Below are positions 1 through 11,263 of a stretch of DNA of 64,000 bases, piece by piece. The notes under the pieces were generated by a model. That model searched no databases and was not told where the DNA came from. It worked only from the letters and a program-made list of their open reading frames with translations. Position 1 is the stretch's first letter, and every line of letters starts with the position of its first letter. Position numbers and translations under genes: made by a program. The DNA comes from Azolla caroliniana (taxonomy: Eukaryota > Plantae > Polypodiophyta), in assembly GCA_043228905.1 (NCBI GenBank), contig JBHGNT010000017.1, positions 14,446,001-14,510,000 of the forward strand, read 5' to 3'.

Positions 1-3000
1 GTACAATCAAGCTCCTCTTCATTACTAGCAATGTTCTTTCCATACTCCTCATCAGAATCTTTAGACAGTACTAGCACATTATCAGTAGACACTACTAACA
101 CATTATCAGTACAATCAGTCTGCTCTTCAGTACTTGCCATATTCTTTCCACACTCTTCATGGGCTTCAGTCTTCTCTTCAGTACTTGCCATATTCTTTCC
201 ACACTCTTCATGAGCTTCAATCTTCTCTTCAGTACTTGCCATATTCTTTCCAGAGTCTTCATAGGCTTCAATCTTCTCTTCAGTACTTGCCATATTCTTT
301 CCAGACTCTTCATGGGCTTCAATCTTCTCTTCAGTACTTGCCATATTCTTTCCACACTCCTCATGGGCTTCTTTAGACATACTGTTGTTTGGACATGCCA
401 GCTGCTCTTCACATATGAATGCTTCGTTTTTCTCACAATCCTCATGTGTGGAAGATGTGCTTCCAGAATCTGCCTCCGTGGAAAGGTTAATCCCAGAATC
501 TGACTCTGCACTTGTGCTCCATGAAGTTCCCGATTCAGGCTGCTCTTGTAAACCTAATTAATGGGATTCCAAACAATATTAGTATCAACTCACATACTCA
601 AAAGTTTGCAAACAATGAACATAGGGTTTTGGGCCACATTTTTACCTAATGTTACATGGTCATACTGTACAGCCGTAGATACCCCATTGCAAGTGGTGGG
701 CTCGGTCATCTTCTCCACAACATCTAGGTGCTCAACAGTGTTGCTATGATCTATAGAATGCACCAAAAGCAACAATATAATAGGGTTGTTATGAGCTAAA
801 TCATTGTTTTCAAAGTCTGGCTTTTGACGTTTACCTGGGAGTGTGATAAATTCGTCTTCACGATCAGGTTTTGAACTCGTATCTCCGTCACCAAATATCA
901 TTTCGTCATCAGCTAGCAACACAAGTACATGGTATTAGACAATGGATTAGGTTGACAACGCTCCTGACAGGTGAGAACTTATATGACTCACCATTGCATT
1001 CAACTTTCCTTTTCTTGCCGTTTCCATACAACATTCTTGCAGCATTTCTCTTCTTACTGGGCTCTATTTCTAAAGACACATCATTTCTCTTCTTAGTGGG
1101 CTCTATTTCAAATTGTTGACCGGAGCTTGGGGAATTTGTTTGTAGAAGCATATGTTCCACTGCTCCAATGGCCCTTCTCATACATTCATCCTCATCATAA
1201 AAATCATAGGTTATTGGTAATGATGGTCCCTGAACCTTGGAATGTGCGGCAGATATTGAGGGTTTAGGCACAGGGGCTGGTAGTTCCATGACCTTCCCTG
1301 GCGTGGAGTTGCTTGACACTACGACATTCATTGCAAGAAACAAAAAAACGTTGAACGTTAGTACCATCATCTAAAATATACAATGTAGGTCACAATGTAC
1401 TCCTCACATAGTTCCTAATTTACTGAACTAGTACTAATAAGGAACAATGTACTGCTCACTTAGTTCCCAATTTACACAAGTAGTACTAATCATGCACAAT
1501 ATACACAAGTAGTACTAATCATGCAGAATATACTACTCACTTAGTTACCATGTTACACAAGGAGTACTAATCCCGAACAATGTACCACTGTACTAATCAT
1601 GAACAATGTACTACTCACTTGTTTCCTAAATTAGTGGACTAGTACTTATAAGGAACAATGTACTGCTCACTTAGTTCGCAAATTACACAAATAGTACTAA
1701 TCATGCACAATATACACAAGTAGTACTAATCATGCACAAGTACTAATCCCGAAAAATGCACCACTGACTTTGTCAAATTTATAAGTAGTACTAATCTTGA
1801 ACAATGTACTACTCACTTATTTCCTAAATCACTGAACTAGTACTAATCCCGAACAATGTACTGCTCACTTAGTTCCCAAATTACACAAATAGTACTAATC
1901 ATGCACAATATACTACTCACTTAGTTACCAATTTACACAAATAAGGTACAAATCTAGTACTAATAGGGAACAAAGTACTACTCAGTTCCCAAATTACAAA
2001 ACTAGTACTAATCATGAGCAATGTACTACTCACTTAGTTACAAAACTATTACTAATCATGAGCAATGTACTAGAAACTTAGTTCACAAAGTACAAAACTA
2101 GTACTAATCATGAACAATGTAGTAATTACTAAGTACTAATCCAACAAATGTAGATTGGTATTTTGCACACAAGTAATACTAAACGTGATATGTGTTCTAC
2201 ACACCTAGTTACATAACTTGTACTAATTACACCAACAGTATTGAACTTGAACAGTATTAGTACTAAACGTGATATGTGTTTCACACACCTCATTTCCAAA
2301 TTACAGAAACTGTACTATTATTCAGCAATTTAAGTGACACCTTGTTCCCAAATTACATTACTAGTACTAATTTCCAAGTTACACAAACAATACTAACAGT
2401 CAACAGTGTACTATAAGTATAGTGTTTACTAAACTAATACTAGGCAAGTTACAATATAGATTGGACGATGTTGTACCTGGTTCCCTTTTAGTACTACTAA
2501 TTCTGGAAAATATCCCTTCAACTAACTACACATACCAATTATATATTAAGAGTACTGCCAATACTATCCCATTGTTGTTAGAGATACACTAATACTAATC
2601 CATTGTTCTCCTAAATTTTAAGTATGAATTGTGGCATACACTAGTTCTAGTCCAAATGATAATTGACATTATATAATACAAACAATAGAATAGTAGAGCC
2701 ACATACCGTACGGGTGTACTTTTAAACCCCAAGCATAGTACCACTCAGCCGCAATTGTAGTTTTACAGTCCATACATGTATTCTCTTTCTCAAAATGATA
2801 CTTAGCACATAGCACATGATATGTGTGCAAGCATGGTGTAATCACAACATCCATAGCCTCCAGCTTGAATCCGAGGCCACAAAATATACACCTGGAAGAT
2901 TGCAAACACAAGTTATAATATATTAGCTGCTCACTTATTTATACCATAAAAGTAGAAATAAATAACTTTTAAAGCTAATACCGTGATATAGCTATACTAG

Positions 3001-4006
3001 TAATGGTACTTTCTATACCACTTGGGTGCTCAATTACAGATGGACACAAAGTATCAAAACCATTATGTTTTAAATCCTGCATCAAGCATGCAAGGTTCTC
3101 AGAATGCAACTTTAAGGCTGACAACTTATTATCTATTTCTTCATGTGCATTCCTGCAAGTATCAAGGTCTGTCATCTGTGAATGTAATTGAGCACCCATA
3201 TTGTTCAGCTCTTTCTTCAACTCCTCTTTCAACACCTCACTTTCTGAATTTTGGATTGTCGATGCAATCCATTCATATGTAGTCTTTATTGAAGAAAATT
3301 TCTTTTCTGCCTGTATCTCAGCTGATTTAACTGCTTCCAAATCAGCAAGTAGTGCTTGTATTCTTGAGCTCATAGAAGCTATGCAACCAGCCATCATCTG
3401 TTCATGTTTTTCAGTCATTGTGGCCCGTACCTTTGCCTCTAGAACTTGTTGGACAGGTGTTGTAGCTGGAATATCCACATGAGAGGTTCCAGATGACTTC
3501 AAGCCAGTGTTGGTACTGGAGGACCCTTTGTAATGTTCTGACCGGTGCCGATTAAAATCTTCCCAATTAACGTCGATGCCACCTTGAACTTCACATGCAA
3601 AAGCACGTGCAAAAACAGTACCCACCTCATTGTTAGTGATTTGATTTGTATCATAAACATGTTCGTATCTCGTCTTCAATAAATTGATGTATTCCCTCTT
3701 CAAACCACTCATGTGGAATCCTCGCCTTGTGTCGGGATGTGCTGACCCCCAGGTTTTTAACAACCACTCTCTCAGCTCTGGGTAAACGTCAGGTCGTGCC
3801 CGAAGGAAATAATTCCATCCAAGAGGTGTGTCTCGACTGATGGACTGGTACTGCCAGGTCTTCTTTCTCTGTGTTGATGAATTCATCACCCTTTCTCTTG
3901 TGGGTGTCTTCTTGCTTTCTTTCATGGGTGTCCTTCTTCCTTCCTTCACTGGTGTCTTCACTTTCTCTTTCATCAATGTCTTCTTTATGGGTGTCCTTCT
4001 CGTCAT
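1..4006 (-). CDS. Spliced gene, 3' end beyond the window: helical domain + coiled coil + RING-H2 finger + acidic repetitive tail; possibly transposon-borne
   Basis: Hand-built exons 4006-2982, 2891-2707, 1318-992, 912-835, 750-646, 553-<1, all joined by GT..AG introns with matching phase (one phase 2, then phase 1). RING-H2: CIFC..PCLHTYHVLC..CMDC. Last exon is open to position 1. The 2707/1318 junction is the least certain. Confidence 0.7.
128..370. repeat. 51-bp coding tandem repeat, about 5 copies, encoding EEKIEAHEECGKNMAST on the minus strand
   Basis: cagtacttgccatattctttcc recurs at 128, 179, 230, 281, 332. Confidence 0.95.
1380..2420. repeat. Degenerate AT-rich minisatellite (about 50-bp unit built on AGTACTAAT) inside the predicted large intron
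   Basis: Many variants of tagtactaatcatg(c/a)acaat(g/a)tactactcacttagtt. Confidence 0.85.
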
Positions 4007-4734
4007 TTTCCTAGTCAACACAATTCTCATCAACACATAGCAAATCAATTACCATCAACACATCGCAATTACCATCAACACATAGCAAATCATCACATTG
4101 CATGTACAAACCACATGTACAAACCACATAGCAAATCATCACATTGCAAATCAACACACAATAACCCTAAATAGTCAAACACACAGAAAATAAAACTCAT
4201 CCATGTCAAACACACAGAAAATAAAAACAGACGAATAGGAAAGTCAAAGAAAACGAAAACTTTGTAAATCATCATAACCAACTCCATCACATCGCATGTA
4301 CAAGCCATGTCCAACATACAAAAACCCAAAATAGTAGGAAAAAAACTCATCCATGCCAAACTCACACAAAATAAAAACAGATGGACATGAAACATTAACA
4401 AAACAAAAACATAGCAACTCATCATAGCCAACTCCATTTTGGCCACATGTACAAACATGTCTAACACACAACCACATCGAACAAAATATTGTGATACATT
4501 TTTAAAAGAAACACAGAGAAACACAGAGAAAACAAAAACATACCAGTTGGGCATGCAACACATAGACTATGAATAATCAAAACCTACAAATGGTCATACA
4601 CATACAAATAAAAAACAGACAGAGAGGAAACATTCAGAAAAAGAATACATACCAGTTGGGCATGCAACACAGAGAATACCTGGAGGTCGCTAAACTTGCA
4701 GAGGTACCACACCGTCTTGATTTCGATACCTTGG

Positions 4735-5139
4735 GAGACAAACGAGAAAACTTCAGGATGACAAACGAGCAAAACGTCAGAGGCTGCTGCAGAGGAGACA
4801 AACGAGCAAACTTCAGAGGCTGCTGCAGAGGAGACAAACTTCAGAGGCTGCTGCAGAGGCTGCTGCGTATACAGAGTTCAGAGATCGAACCTGGCACAGA
4901 GGGGAACACAAGAACAACAACAACGGGGAAACAGAGAATCGAAGGTGGAGTGAGAGAGAGAAACAGAAAGAAAGAAAGAAAGAGACCTTCGAAGGTGGAG
5001 TGAGAGACAGAGAGAAACAGACCTTCGAAGGTGTCTGTCTGACAACTTCGAGGTAGAAGAGAGAGAGAGAGAGACAGAGAGTGAGTGAGAGACAAAGAGA
5101 AACAGACCCTCGACGGTGTCTGTCTGACAACTTCGAGAC

Positions 5140-5191
<52 letters not shown>

Positions 5192-5280
5192 CAGACAGAC
5201 AGAGAGACAGAGAGACAGAGAGTGAGTGAGAGACAGAGAGAAACAGACCTTCGAAGGTGTCTGTCTGACAACTTCGAGAC

Positions 5281-5320
<40 letters not shown>

Positions 5321-5375
5321 GAGAGAGAGACATACCAACTGACACGTTCGACTACCAATACCAGAGAGAGAGAGA
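4735..5375. repeat. Compound repeat zone: cagaggctgctg repeats, then units with palindromic ACCTTCGAAGGT separated by (GA)n tracts
   Basis: gagaaacagaccttcgaaggtgtctgtctgacaacttcgag at about 5012, 5097 (variant) and 5238; (GA)n at 5143-5187 and 5284-5328. Confidence 0.85.
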
Positions 5376-5641
5376 TTGACACTGACCACCTGTCACAATG
5401 GAAACCTTCTCCAGGTGTGCTTTCGTACAACTCTACCTAGGAGACTGGGGCAACACTTAATGCATTAAATATGGCCTAGGGACATTCGAGTGTGACGTAT
5501 AATATCTTTGAACATTCGAGTGTGACGTAATGAATTTGTTTTTGGTTTTTTGAAATTTATTTACAATTTTTAATGTTTCTTTTCTTCTTCGATTTAGTAC
5601 TAAATTTTTGGCCAAAAGTTGGTACACCGTAGCATGCTTCG

Positions 5642-5677
<36 letters not shown>

Positions 5678-5699
5678 AACGACCTACAATCTGTCATAC

Positions 5700-7052
5700 G
5701 CAGGTACAGAAAAGAATCGAATGCTACTTGATCTTCCGCATAGACGACTTTGTCTCCCAACACATAGATGCGAGGAGGTCACGATAGTATTGTGTTGCCA
5801 TTTCCAGAATCTCAGTCTTGTCCTCCGTTATCGAGCTGTCTGGTTTTCGCAACCCTTGTATACGTCCACCACCACCCTTGGGTGCCTTGTAGTGAAAGAA
5901 ATGTCGGTTGACCTTGTCGTCTTTTCTAGCCCACCATGCTGCATTTCTTCGAAACAGCATTCGGTTCTTCTCCAAAGTCCTCTCCTCTACCTTCATCTTT
6001 GCTTCCTCCAACTTAGCTCTAGACCAAGTGCAACCAGGGTCTACCTGTAGTAGCCGTTGCGCTGCCGCAACGGCCTTCCTTAATTTTGTTTCAATGGCTC
6101 TAACCTGCTAGAGGGCGCACTTGGTCTCCTGTTGTAAGAAGGAGGAGAGGGCCAATTTTTTTTGCAAATCTTCGCTGGCTGATTCACTGCCTGTGGTGTC
6201 CTGCCATATACTTTGTAAACCGGCCTTCACCTCTTCACTCTTCATGATCTTTGTGGGGATCTTCACATTGAGACTACCCTTGCTATCGTTGGGTGGGGTA
6301 AGGTCTAGTCCTGCCGGTTGATGATCTGAAAAGGTAAGACCTGCCAAGATAGCAAAGGCGCCCCCAAGCTCTTCGAGGGATGAGCTGATGTATATGCGAT
6401 CAAGTCGTGCAAGACTACCGCCCCTAGCATTCCCGGCGGCTCTGGAAAAATGCAGTGAATGTGAGCTTCTCCTAAGGGAAGAGCCCCATGTATCCCTCAC
6501 CCCGATTTTGCCAATTAGGAAAGCCCATGAATCCAGCTCCGCACCATAAATAGGCCTCTGGGTCCCTCCTTTCCTATTTCCCAGGTGTTCAGTCATGTTG
6601 AAATCACCTGCCATTACCCAAGCCTCAGCATCAGGTAATGTTGTCGCTAGCGTCCTCCAAAAGATTGCTCTCTCGGGGGCTGAGTTAGGGGCATAAATGT
6701 TTAGCACCCCAACCTGTAGGTGATTCCATTTCAGAAGCACGTATAAGGCCCGACCCTCCAGCAATGTGCCAGATGATGTTACTTCGTATTGGGCCTTATC
6801 GCTGATCGAGATGCAGACCCCTCCTCTTCGGTGGAGGTCCCCTTGTGCAGCTGACCACCATGTGGTCCACCCACCCGACAGGGGGTTTACTAAGCTCTGA
6901 GTTCGCTCTTGCGAGAGGTGGTGTTCCTGCAAAAGCAATATGTCAATATGGCCCCCTATATTAAGGGGATTCAGCTCCTCCTGAAGTCTTCGGCACTCTT
7001 GGTTTTGTCGGCCTCCACCAAGGCCCTGTACATTCCACGTTAGGATCCTCAT
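5700..7052 (-). pseudogene. LINE (L1-like) ORF2: AP endonuclease domain and linker; frameshifted and truncated before RT
   Basis: APE motifs ILTWNVQG, LLLQE, IYAP, AGDFN, RLDRI, SDH in ORF 6108-7052; linker continues in 5724-6011 (WARKDDKVNRHFF); ends at a (TC)n tract near 5645-5672. Confidence 0.9.
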
Positions 7053-7075
7053 CCGAAAGCGGTGACGTTAACGCC

Positions 7076-7626
7076 TGTCGTGACTCTTGAGTAGGAAGCA
7101 GAGAGAGAGAGAGCGATGGCGATAGAGATAACGATAACGATAGAGATGGCGAGAGCGGTAGAGATAGCGATAGTGATAGAAAGAGAGTGAAAGAGGGAGA
7201 GAGTGCGAGAGAGAGAAAAGTATAAGTGAGAGATAAGAAATGGGAATGCGATTATATTATGAGAAAGAAGATTACAAGGAGTAGGCTAAGGGCTAAAGAC
7301 TGGTGTTGAACCGAATGAGTTGTGATGAGTGTATGGACTCTTATTTATATGCCCTTATGGAGTATTCTAGAATGTTCTAGAATATTTTAGATATTTATGA
7401 ATAATAATAATAATAAATATAATCATGAAATATTCAAGAACATTCTAGAATAATCTAGAATGTTCTAAATATCTCGTAATAACTAAACATATAATTATTA
7501 TGATTACATCTCACATATGTTATTACAATGGTTAAAGTACAATATGTAAACCAAGAGGTTATGGGTTCGATTCCTGGTTCGCCAAGATGAATGTCATGAT
7601 AAGCCAAGATGTATGTCTTCATGACA
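7076..7626 (-). repeat. 3' LTR of the chromovirus
   Basis: Near-identical to 12464-13014; adjacent PPT at 7627-7640. Confidence 0.97.
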
Positions 7627-10600
7627 TTATCCCCCCTTTTCGATGACGAGTTGCACGAGTCGGAAGAAAAGAGTTCAGACTTGGTTTATGAGGATATTGG
7701 TTGTGAAATGCAACAACCATGTCGGAGGCATTGGCAAGATGTTCGGCAGGCTCCCATGTTCGATCATTAGGTGTATAGCCTAACCAATCAACCAAGTAGT
7801 ATAGTTTGTTGCGAATGATCTTGGAGTCGAGGATAGCGGCAACCTCATATTCAGAGCCATTGGAAACGTCAATTGGAGGTGGGGGAGGTGTAACACGACC
7901 CGGAATAGAGCTCGTTGTGTAAGGCTCCAAAAGTGAAACATGGAAGACCGGGTGAAGACGCATATGAGGAGGAAGATCAAGACGAAATGTCACATCATTG
8001 ATCTTACCACTTATGACATATGGGCCAAAACGTTGATAATCCAATTTGTAGCAAGGTCGGGTCGTTTTAATGCTACCTTGTAAGAGCCATACACGATCGC
8101 CTACTTGAAATGTAGTCGATGAATCACGCCGATGACGGTCAGCAATCTTCTTTTGAGTGTTTTGGGCTTCACATAAATGATGCAAAAGCATATCCTGAAC
8201 TTCTTGGAGTCGAGTGAGCCGATCTTCAGCAGCTGGGTTTTTTGGGAGTTCAGGATGTTCAAGCATCGTCCAACGAGGATGGTACCCAATGTTTGCAAAA
8301 AATGGGGAATATCCAGTAGAAGAATGCTCGGAGTTGTTATAAGCAAATTCTGCCAAAGGTAGTAAATCCACCCAATCATCTTGTTGATAGTTGACAAAAC
8401 AACGTAGATATTGCTCGACTGTTTGGTTGGTGCGCTCACTCTGCCCATTAGTCTCTGGATGGTAGCCGGAAGAGAGTTTACAAGAAGTATGTAAGAGTCT
8501 GAACATGTGCCGCCAAAATTTCGAGATGAATTGGGGACCCCGATCACTGATAATATCATCCGGAAGACCATGATGGCGAAACACCTCCCGCATGAGTAAA
8601 TCAGCTGTCTCTTGACTAGTAATGGTCTTTGTGCATGGAAGGAAATGTGCCATCTTCGTAAAACGATCGACAACAGTGAGAATCGAATCAAATCCCTTGG
8701 AAGGTGGAAGATCCGTAATAAAGTCCAAGGAAATAGATTTCCATGGGCTCTCCGGAATAGGCATTGGCTGTAATAAGCCATATGGATGATGTCGAGGCTT
8801 TTTTGATCGGCAACATGTATCACAGCTACGAACATAATCCGTAACAAAATGGCGAAGCCATGGCCACCAATATCGGCGAGAAATCAACTCAAAAGTCTTG
8901 TGGATGCCGAAGTGTCCCGCCATTGGTGTGTCATGACATTGTTGCATGACTTTGAGTCGAGAAGGACCGTCAGGCACATACAAGAGAGTTTGTCGAAAAA
9001 GTAACCCATCATGCCAACTAAACTGGGTGTAGTCTAGACGAGGATTTTGAGTTTGGGAGCTAGATGCACGATTTGGGATAATATGGCTCAAAACCTCTTG
9101 GGCGAACGCATCAGTCGCAATCTGCTCACGAATGGAATCAAGAAGCCTTGAATCTCCCGGTGTGTTGATGGTATGCATTGCCATTATTCGTAGACGATCA
9201 GGACCTAAGAGGATTTGCTTTTGGCTTTCAAATGCGGCCTCTCCAGGTTGAAGTTCCATATACGAACGTCTAGATAAAGCATCTGCTTTTCCTTGTTGCA
9301 TCCCAGGGCGATATAGAATTACAAAATCGAAACGAGTTAAGAACTGCGCCCAACGAGCTTGTCGTCGATTCAAGACTCGAGCACTTTGAAAGTATGTTAG
9401 ATTTTTATGATCATTGTAGACAATAATCTGCTGAGAAGAACCCTCCAGAAAATGACGCCATTGTTGAAAAGAATCCACAATGGCAAGAAGCTCTTTGTCG
9501 TGAATCTCATAGTTGATTTCTGCGGCTTCAAATTTTCGTGAGTGAAAAGCCACCGGGTGCAGTTCACCATCATCACCAATTTGGGATAGTACACTTCCGA
9601 GTGCGAAATCCGATGCATCAGCTTCAAGTATAAAGCGCCTCATTGGATCGACATGGATTAAGATTGGTGCGGATGTAAATGCTTGCTTTAAACCCTCAAA
9701 TGCAGAGTTCGCATCTATACTCCATACAAATGATCGATTCTTGTGCGTCAGTTGAGTGAGGGGCAACACAATTTTTGAATAGTCTTTGATGAACTTGCGA
9801 TAAAAGTTTGCGAACCCCAAAAAACATTGCACATCTCGCACGGACTGTGGTGTTTGCCAATCCAAAATTGTTTGAACCTTTGATGGATCCATAGAGATGC
9901 CATTTGAAGAGACTATGTACCCCAAAAACTCCACTTGACGTTGGTCGAAACTACACTTCTCCAATTTTGCATAGAGACCATACTCTCGTAGCCGTTGCAA
10001 AACTTGGCGAACATGTATATCATGTTCTTCTTGAGTTTTTGAGTAGATCAAGATATCATCCAGGTAAACAATGATGAAGATATCGAGGAAGTCTCGAAAA
10101 ATATCATTCGCCATATGTTGGAAGACTGCTGGTGCATTCGTGAGGCCAAAAGGCATCACTGTGTACTCAAAATGACCATAGCGAGTGCGGAACGCCGTCT
10201 TCCATTCATCCCCAGGACGAATTCGAACAAGGTTGTAGGCACCTCGAAGATCTAACTTCGTGAAATACTTTGCTTCACTGAGGCGTTCTAGAAGGCTTGA
10301 GATCAATGGGAGAGCATATCGGTTTCTAACGGTCACTTTATTCAAGCCTCGATAATCCACGACCATACGAAGCGTACCATCTTTCTTCTTAACGAAAAAG
10401 ATGGGTGCACCAGCAGGAGATTTTGAATGTTGGATAAAACCATTTGCCAAGTTCTCATTGATATATTCTCGAAGAACCTCTAACTCCGTGGGCGAAAGAT
10501 TATAAATTGGTCCCCATGGAGGCTCTTTTCCTGGCTGCAAATCAATTGGGCAATCATATGGTCGATGCTCTGGTAGTCTATTAGCCTTCACCTTATCGAA

Positions 10601-11263
10601 CACATCGGAGAATTCTATGTACTTCTTTGGTAGTTGGACCCCCAATTCTTGTGAGCTAGATGAGGGAGTTGCTAAAACCGCAAATACCATCATGTCTTCC
10701 TTTCTTCCATCCTCTCGTAATTGATGTATAGAGATTGTTGAAATTGTGGGGGATCCTAGATCCTTAGTTGGAGCTTCAAGAGACTTGGATTGTACGGTGA
10801 CCTCTTCAATAGTTCTTTTTCTCCAATCAATGGTTGGGTTATGTAACTCAAACCAAGGAAGACCAAGAACTAGAGAGTGCTCCGGACTACTAATGATGTT
10901 AAATGAGATGACACTAGCCAAATTACCTAGGACTACACGAATTGGTTCAGACTCTTCGACTATATCTCCTGATGCTATAGGGCGACCATCGATGACTCCT
11001 ACAGCTACTGGGTTTGGGAGTTTTTTCAAGATGATGTTTTGAGTCAATGCAAACTCGCGATCCATGAAACAAGAATTGGCTCCGGAATCTAGGAGGGCAG
11101 AGGCTAGGGCGCGATGACCTGTAGATGTGCTAAGCTCGACTTGTGCAGAAAAAACTCTACTAACTTGATTTGATGAAATGGAACCACAACTAGGTACTGA
11201 CTCTACATAACTAGGATGGTCCAACCAAATGGCTCCTATTTTGGCCGGACTTATTCGTTTAAC
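7619..11263 (-). CDS. pol: Pol: protease-RT-RNase H-integrase-chromodomain, probably entered by -1 frameshift
   Basis: LLDSGA, YLDD, DAS, HDTPMAGH..CDTC, GPY, chromodomain YEVAAILD..YLVDWLGY..TWEP; frame open upstream to the slippery site. Confidence 0.96.
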   Translation of the reverse strand, partial: VKRISPAKIGAIWLDHPSYVESVPSCGSISSNQVSRVFSAQVELSTSTGHRALASALLDSGANSCFMDREFALTQNIILKKLPNPVAVGVIDGRPIASGDIVEESEPIRVVLGNLASVISFNIISSPEHSLVLGLPWFELHNPTIDWRKRTIEEVTVQSKSLEAPTKDLGSPTISTISIHQLREDGRKEDMMVFAVLATPSSSSQELGVQLPKKYIEFSDVFDKVKANRLPEHRPYDCPIDLQPGKEPPWGPIYNLSPTELEVLREYINENLANGFIQHSKSPAGAPIFFVKKKDGTLRMVVDYRGLNKVTVRNRYALPLISSLLERLSEAKYFTKLDLRGAYNLVRIRPGDEWKTAFRTRYGHFEYTVMPFGLTNAPAVFQHMANDIFRDFLDIFIIVYLDDILIYSKTQEEHDIHVRQVLQRLREYGLYAKLEKCSFDQRQVEFLGYIVSSNGISMDPSKVQTILDWQTPQSVRDVQCFLGFANFYRKFIKDYSKIVLPLTQLTHKNRSFVWSIDANSAFEGLKQAFTSAPILIHVDPMRRFILEADASDFALGSVLSQIGDDGELHPVAFHSRKFEAAEINYEIHDKELLAIVDSFQQWRHFLEGSSQQIIVYNDHKNLTYFQSARVLNRRQARWAQFLTRFDFVILYRPGMQQGKADALSRRSYMELQPGEAAFESQKQILLGPDRLRIMAMHTINTPGDSRLLDSIREQIATDAFAQEVLSHIIPNRASSSQTQNPRLDYTQFSWHDGLLFRQTLLYVPDGPSRLKVMQQCHDTPMAGHFGIHKTFELISRRYWWPWLRHFVTDYVRSCDTCCRSKKPRHHPYGLLQPMPIPESPWKSISLDFITDLPPSKGFDSILTVVDRFTKMAHFLPCTKTITSQETADLLMREVFRHHGLPDDIISDRGPQFISKFWRHMFRLLHTSCKLSSGYHPETNGQSERTNQTVEQYLRCFVNYQQDDWVDLLPLAEFAYNNSEHSSTGYSPFFANIGYHPRWTMLEHPELPKNPAAEDRLTRLQEVQDMLLHHLCEAQNTQKKIADRHRRDSSTTFQVGDRVWLLQGSIKTTRPCYKLDYQRFGPYVISGKINDVTFRLDLPPHMRLHPVFHVSLLEPYTTSSIPGRVTPPPPPIDVSNGSEYEVAAILDSKIIRNKLYYLVDWLGYTPNDRTWEPAEHLANASDMVVAFHNQYPHKPSLNSFLPTRATRHRKGGIMS

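Noticed and set aside
95-511. ORF-track calls over the 51-bp repeat
   Set aside because: Shadow frames; the splice-consistent frame is a different minus frame open to the edge
4093-5430. SLSL/RERE and Cys/Phe-rich ORFs
   Set aside because: Products of (GA)n and other simple repeats
7513-7584. Functional tRNA gene
   Set aside because: No anticodon or acceptor stem pairing; kept only as a tRNA-like module
11200-11250. Pseudoknot from loop UAGGA pairing with downstream UCCUA
   Set aside because: The 2-nt connector is too short to span an 11-bp stem
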